From UHGV virus genome UHGV-1736226: a stretch of 13,328 nucleotides of DNA; one strand, written 5' to 3'. A program made the translations under genes and the position numbers. Origin of the DNA: a virus. Below are positions 8,011 through 13,328 of this stretch, one piece after another; the first letter of the stretch is position 1; every line of letters starts with the position of its first letter. Under the pieces are notes generated by a model. It made no database searches. It was not told where the DNA came from and saw only the letters and a program-made list of their open reading frames with translations.

Positions 8011-8754
8011 ATGACCACACCAAATCCACTGGCAAAGACGAAAGGTGCGGGGACGACGTTCTGGATGTATACCGGCAACGGCGACGCATTTGCGAACCCT
8101 TTGTCGGACACTGACTGGCTGCGTCTTGCGATGGTGAAGGATCTGCAACCTGGCGAAATGACCGCTGATGCAGAAGATGACACTTATCTCGATGATGAAG
8201 ATGCAGACTGGAAAACGACAACCCAGGGGCAGAAATCCGTTGGTGATACTTCGGCGACGCTGGCCTGGCGTCCGGGTGACAGCGGGCAGAAAAAACTGGT
8301 TCAGTTGTTCGACTCCGGTGAAGTCTGCGCGTTTCGTATCAAATATCCCAACGGCACTGTTGATGTTTTCCGTGGCTGGCTGAGCTCACTGGGTAAAACC
8401 ATTGCCTCAAAAGACGTGATGACCCGCACTGTGAAAATCAGCGGTGTGGGGCGTCCGTATCTGGCAGAGGAAGGCACTGAAACCGTGAGCGTTACCGGGC
8501 TGACAGTATCACCGGCGTCTGCCAGTGTAAAAGTGGGAGCAACCACCACGCTGACCTTTACAGTAAAACCTGACGGAGCCAGTGACAAAGCGATCAGTGT
8601 GCATTCGTCAGATCCACAGACTGCCACGGTGACCCTGAACGGGCTTGTAGCCACGGTGAAAGGCGTGAAGCAGGGCAGTGTCAGCATTGTGGGCATGACC
8701 GCTGACGGGAATTTTGTGGCTGTGACTGCGGTGACTGTCAGCGCAGCAGGTTAA
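8011..8754 (+). CDS. V: Major tail protein, lambda gpV homolog with C-terminal Ig-like domain
   Basis: 247 aa; strong RBS AAGGAGGTGG; extensive identity to lambda V (KGAGTT.W.Y.G.GD..ANPLSD.DW.RLA.VKDL.PGE.TA; YLDDEDADW; FPNGTVDVFRGW.SS.GK; RTVK...VGRP); C-terminal T/V/S-rich Ig-like region. Confidence 0.95.
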   Translation: MTTPNPLAKTKGAGTTFWMYTGNGDAFANPLSDTDWLRLAMVKDLQPGEMTADAEDDTYLDDEDADWKTTTQGQKSVGDTSATLAWRPGDSGQKKLVQLFDSGEVCAFRIKYPNGTVDVFRGWLSSLGKTIASKDVMTRTVKISGVGRPYLAEEGTETVSVTGLTVSPASASVKVGATTTLTFTVKPDGASDKAISVHSSDPQTATVTLNGLVATVKGVKQGSVSIVGMTADGNFVAVTAVTVSAAG

Positions 8755-8774
8755 CAGGACGATACTCATCATTT

Positions 8775-8798
8775 GCCCCGGTTATCCGGGGCTTTTTT
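8775..8798 (+). terminator. Putative rho-independent terminator/attenuator after the major tail gene
   Basis: GCCCCGG-TTAT-CCGGGGC stem-loop followed by TTTTTT, 20 nt after the V stop. Confidence 0.55.
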
Positions 8799-8811
8799 GC
8801 AGGTGGAGAAC

Positions 8812-9201
8812 ATGATGTTTCTGAAACAGGGCACGTTTAATTATGAAAAACAGTCCGTGGTGCTCAGTGAGCTGTCCGGGCTGCAGAGAATTGAATATCT
8901 GGCGTTTGTTCAGCAGCGAACGGCAAAGTTTGATGCCGGGGAGGGAGAACTGCCGGAGGCTGAACGACAGATTGCTTTTCTGCGGATGGGGATGGATATC
9001 AATGCCTGGCTGGTTTCCCGCTCACTGTGGAATGCGGATCAGTCTAAGGATGTAGAGACGCTTTGCGCATCCGTTATTACAACATGGTCGTATGATGCCC
9101 TGGGTGCGGGGGCGGAGATGGTTCTGTCGCTGAGCGGTATGGGGGCCATTGATAATGCCGGGGATGATGAGCATGAGGCGCTGACGCCGGAAAAGTCCTG
9201 A
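8812..9201 (+). CDS. G: Tail assembly chaperone, lambda gpG homolog
   Basis: About 129 aa; matches lambda G (MFLK start, VVLSELSGLQRIEYLAF vs VTLSELSALQRIEHLAL, SLW, VLSLSGM vs VLRLSGM); GGTGGAG RBS. Start could be ATG 8812 or 8815. Confidence 0.85.
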   Translation: MMFLKQGTFNYEKQSVVLSELSGLQRIEYLAFVQQRTAKFDAGEGELPEAERQIAFLRMGMDINAWLVSRSLWNADQSKDVETLCASVITTWSYDALGAGAEMVLSLSGMGAIDNAGDDEHEALTPEKS

Positions 9202-9539
9202 CGCGGGAAATGCAGTTTGTCATGCGGCTTGCCCGGGAGTTCCGGCGGGCAGACTGGCGGCGGATGCTGTCGGAAATGTCGGCCACTGAGCTTGGTGAGT
9301 GGGGCGATTATTTCCGGATGCAGAGCTTCAGTGATGTGTGGATGGATGCGCAGTTTGCCTCGCTGAAGGCATTGATCGTGAGAATGGTGTCCGGCAGCAG
9401 TGATGCTGCGGTGGCTGATTTCAGCCTTTTACCGGAAGAGAACGGGATACCGGAGCGAACGGACGAAGAACTGATGCATCTTGGGGAAGGTATTTCCGGA
9501 GGTGTGCGTTATGGACCAGATAGCCAACCTGGTCATTGA
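8812..9539 (+). CDS. Tail assembly chaperone G-T fusion made by programmed -1 ribosomal frameshift near 9189-9195
   Basis: The -1 frame relative to G is open from 9171 to the TGA at 9537-9539 and has no credible RBS of its own. A slippery-like heptamer G GAA AAG sits at 9189-9195 just before the G stop. The G then T arrangement directly upstream of the tape measure is conserved in lambda-type tails. Confidence 0.65.
9189..9195 (+). other. Candidate -1 frameshift slippery heptamer G GAA AAG for G-T synthesis
   Basis: Heptamer in the G frame (codons GAA-AAG at 9190-9195). A -1 shift gives A-site AAA (Lys) and P-site GGA (G-C, G-U, A-U pairing with tRNA-Glu); the -1 frame is open from 9171. Confidence 0.5.
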
Positions 9540-12500
9540 TTTGGGGATTGATGCGGCAGAGTTTAAAAATGAAATCCCCCGTATCAAAAACCTTCTGAAT
9601 GGTGCAGCCAGCGATGCAGAACGGTCTTCTGCCCGTATGCAGCGTTTTATGGAGCGTCAGACTCAGGCCGCCCGGCAGACAACGCAGGCAGCTTCTTCGG
9701 CTGCAACAGCCGCATCCGTCCATGCGCAGACGGTGGAGAAGAACGCACAGGCTCATGAACGCATGGCCCGCGAGGTGGAGAAAACCCGCCAGCGCATGGA
9801 GGCACTGAGCCAGAAAATGCGCGAGGAACAGGCGCAGGCCATGGCTCTGGCGGAGGCTCAGGATAAAGCGGCTGCTGCGTTTTATCGTCAGATTGACAGT
9901 GTGAAACAGGCCAGTGCGGGGCTGCAGGAATTACAGCGTATTCAGCAGCAGATCCGACAGGCCAGAAACAGTGGCGGGATTGGTCAGCAGGATTATCTGG
10001 CGCTGATTTCTGAGGTTACTGCGAAAACCCGTGTTCTTACACAGGCTGAGGAAGAGGCTACCCGACAGAAAGTGGCGTTTATCCGTCAGCTTAAAGAGCA
10101 GGCAACCCGCCTGAATCTTTCATCTTCTGAGTTGCTTCGTGCTAAGGCAGCCCAGCTGGGGGTAAGCAGTGCTGCAGAAGTGTATATCCGCAAAATGGAG
10201 CAGGCAGGAAAAGCCACGCATTCGCTGGGTCTGAAAAGTGCAGCAGCCCGCCAGGAGATAGGCGTTCTGATAGGTGAACTGGCCCGCGGCAATTTAGGGG
10301 CGCTGAGGGGATCCGGGATAACGCTGGCTAACCGTGCCGGATGGATAGACACACTGATGTCACCGAAAGGCATGATGCTTGGCGGGGTTATTGGCGGTAT
10401 TGCCGCGGCCGTCTATGGTCTGGGTAAAGCCTGGTATGACGGTCAGAAGGAGGGGGAAGAATTTAACCGCCAGTTGTCGCTGACGGGGCATTATGCCGGA
10501 GTCACTGCCGGGCAGCTGTGGACGCTCAGTCGTGCTATTTCCGGGAATGGTATCACGCAACATGCTGCAGCCGGTGCGCTGGCTCAGGTGGTGGGGAGTG
10601 GTGCATTTCGTGGAAACGATATCGGTATGGTGGCGAGAGTTGCCGCACAGATGGAGCGATCGGTTGGCCAGTCGGTCAGCGATACCATAAATCAGTTTAA
10701 GCGGCTGAAGGATGATCCTGTAAATGCCGCGAAGGCTCTGGACAATGAGCTGCATTTTCTTACTGCCACTCAGCTTGAGCAGATACGCGTCCTTGGGGAG
10801 CAGGGGCGGTCCAGTGATGCTGCACGGATAGCCATGTCTGCACTGGCAGAGGAAACCGGTCGGCGTACTGCGGATATTGATAATAACCTCAATGCGCTTG
10901 GCAGTACGCTGAAGTATCTGTCTGATTTGTGGAGTCGTTTCTGGGATGCGGCCATGAATATTGGTCGTGAAGACTCGCTGGATGAACAGATTTCCGCTTT
11001 ACAGGAGAAAGTGTCGCGGGCGAAAAGACTCCCCTGGATGGCATCATCTTCTCAGGTTGAGTACGATCAGCAGCGTCTTAACGAGCTTCAGGAGAAAAAA
11101 CGCCAGAAGGATTTGCAGGATGCAAAAGAGCAGGCAGAGCGGAATTATCAGGAGCAACAGAAACGCCGTAATGCTGAAAATGCTGCACTGAACCGGATGA
11201 ATGAAACGGAAGCAGCACGACATCAGCGTGAAATTGCGCGTATTAATGCCATGCAGTACGCCGATCAGGCTGTCAGGGATGCGGCGATACAACGTGAAAA
11301 TGAACGTTACGAGAAAGCCCTGGCATCCGGTAAGAAAAAAACACGCGAAACCCGTAATGATGAGGCCACCCGGTTATTGCTGCAGTACAGTCAGCAACAG
11401 GCACAGGTGGAAGGACAGATTGCTGCTGCCAGACAGTCAGCAGGCATTGCCACGGAAAGGATGACAGAAGCGCATAAACAGCTTCTGGCTCTGCAGCAGC
11501 GCATCAGCGACCTGGACGGGAAAAAACTGACGGCAGATGAAAAGAGTGTGCTGGCCCGTAAAGATGAACTGATTCAGGCACTGACGCTGCTGGATGTAAA
11601 ACAGCAGGAGCTTCAGAAACAGACGGCACTCAACGAGCTGAAGAAAAAAACAATTCAGCTGACCAGTCAACTGGCTGAAGAAGAGCGCGCTCAGCGTCAG
11701 CAACATGACCTGGATATCGCCACGGTGGGTATGGGTGATCAGCAGCGACAGCGATATCAGGTACAACTGAGTCTTCGCCAGAAATACCAGCAACAGCTGG
11801 AGCAGTTGAGGCGGGATAGTGAGCAGAAAGGGACATATAACACGGATGACTACAGAAAGTCCGAGCAGGCGCTGACGGAGAGCCTGAACCGACAACTGAA
11901 TGAGAATCGCCGTTACTGGCAACAGCTTGAAGTTGTGCAGGGTAACTGGAAAAACGGAGTCCTGCGTGCATTTCAGGATTTTACCGTGGATGCAGATAAT
12001 ACGGCAGAAACAGCAGAACAGGTGTTCTCGTCAGCCTTCAGCAACATGGGAAATGGCCTGGCAACTTTTGTCACTACCGGCAAACTCAATTTCAAATCCT
12101 TCACCTCTTCTGTGCTGTCAGATATGGCGAAAATCCTGGCGCAGGCAACCATGATGAAATCGATAAAAGGGATTGGCAGTGTACTGGGATTTGATCTCAG
12201 CAGCCTTTCCCTGAATGCCAATGGGGGGATTTATCAGTCTGCTGATTTGAGTCGTTACAGTGGCACGGTGGTTAACCGTCCGACGTTTTTTGCTTTTGCA
12301 AAAGGCGCGGGTGTGATGGGGGAAGCGGGACCTGAAGCCATTCTGCCATTGCGTCGTGGTGCTGACGGTAAGCTGGGGGTTGTGGCGGACATTGGTGGTT
12401 CAGGTATGGCGATGTTTGCCCCGCAGTACAACATCGAGATCAATAACGATGGCACGAACGGGCAGATAGGTCCGGCTGCCCTGAAGGCGGTTTATGACCT

Positions 12501-12575
12501 CGGGAAAAAAGCGGCAGCGGACTTTATGCAACAGCAGGCCCGTGATGGTGGTCGGTTAAGTGGAGCATATCGGTA

Positions 12576-12576
<1 letters not shown>
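9511..12576 (+). CDS. H: Tail tape measure protein, lambda gpH homolog
   Basis: 1021 aa from the ATG at 9511 (GGAGGTG RBS); N-terminus LVIDLGIDAAEF matches lambda H DLVVDLSLDAARF; C-terminus INNDGTNGQIGPAALKAVYD...RDGG nearly identical to the lambda H C-terminus; long Q/E/A/R-rich coiled-coil middle. Confidence 0.95.

Positions 12577-13328
<752 letters not shown>

Noticed and set aside
9210-9539. Independent gene T starting at ATG 9210
   Set aside because: No credible RBS; in lambda-type tails this frame is expressed only as the G-T fusion via -1 frameshift.
10360-10755. 131-aa - strand ORF inside the tape measure gene
   Set aside because: Antisense to the conserved tape-measure coding region; no start context or homology.
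11437-11922. 161-aa Leu-rich - strand ORF inside the tape measure gene
   Set aside because: Reverse complement of the Q/E-rich coiled-coil coding region gives Leu-rich antisense frames; an artefact, not a membrane protein gene.

Overview
This window is the late morphogenetic operon of a lambdoid (lambda/Gifsy-2-like) enterobacterial prophage, all on the + strand and tightly translationally coupled. In order it encodes small terminase (Nu1-like), large terminase (gpA-like), gpW-like head-tail connector, portal, a single large tripartite capsid gene (ClpP-like protease + scaffold-like linker + major capsid protein), a small putative decoration protein, an FII-like head-tail joining protein, then lambda-type tail genes Z, U, V, G, G-T (via -1 frameshift), tape measure H and the start of M. 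Gene M is cut short at about 12840 by an IS3-family insertion sequence whose transposase OrfB runs on the - strand to the window edge. I found no CRISPR array, tRNA/rRNA gene or recognisable defence/toxin cassette; the honest reading is a conventional but mosaic phage structural module, probably tail-defective because of the IS. All homology statements come from recalled lambda/ClpP/IS3 protein sequences and motif inspection, not from database searches.
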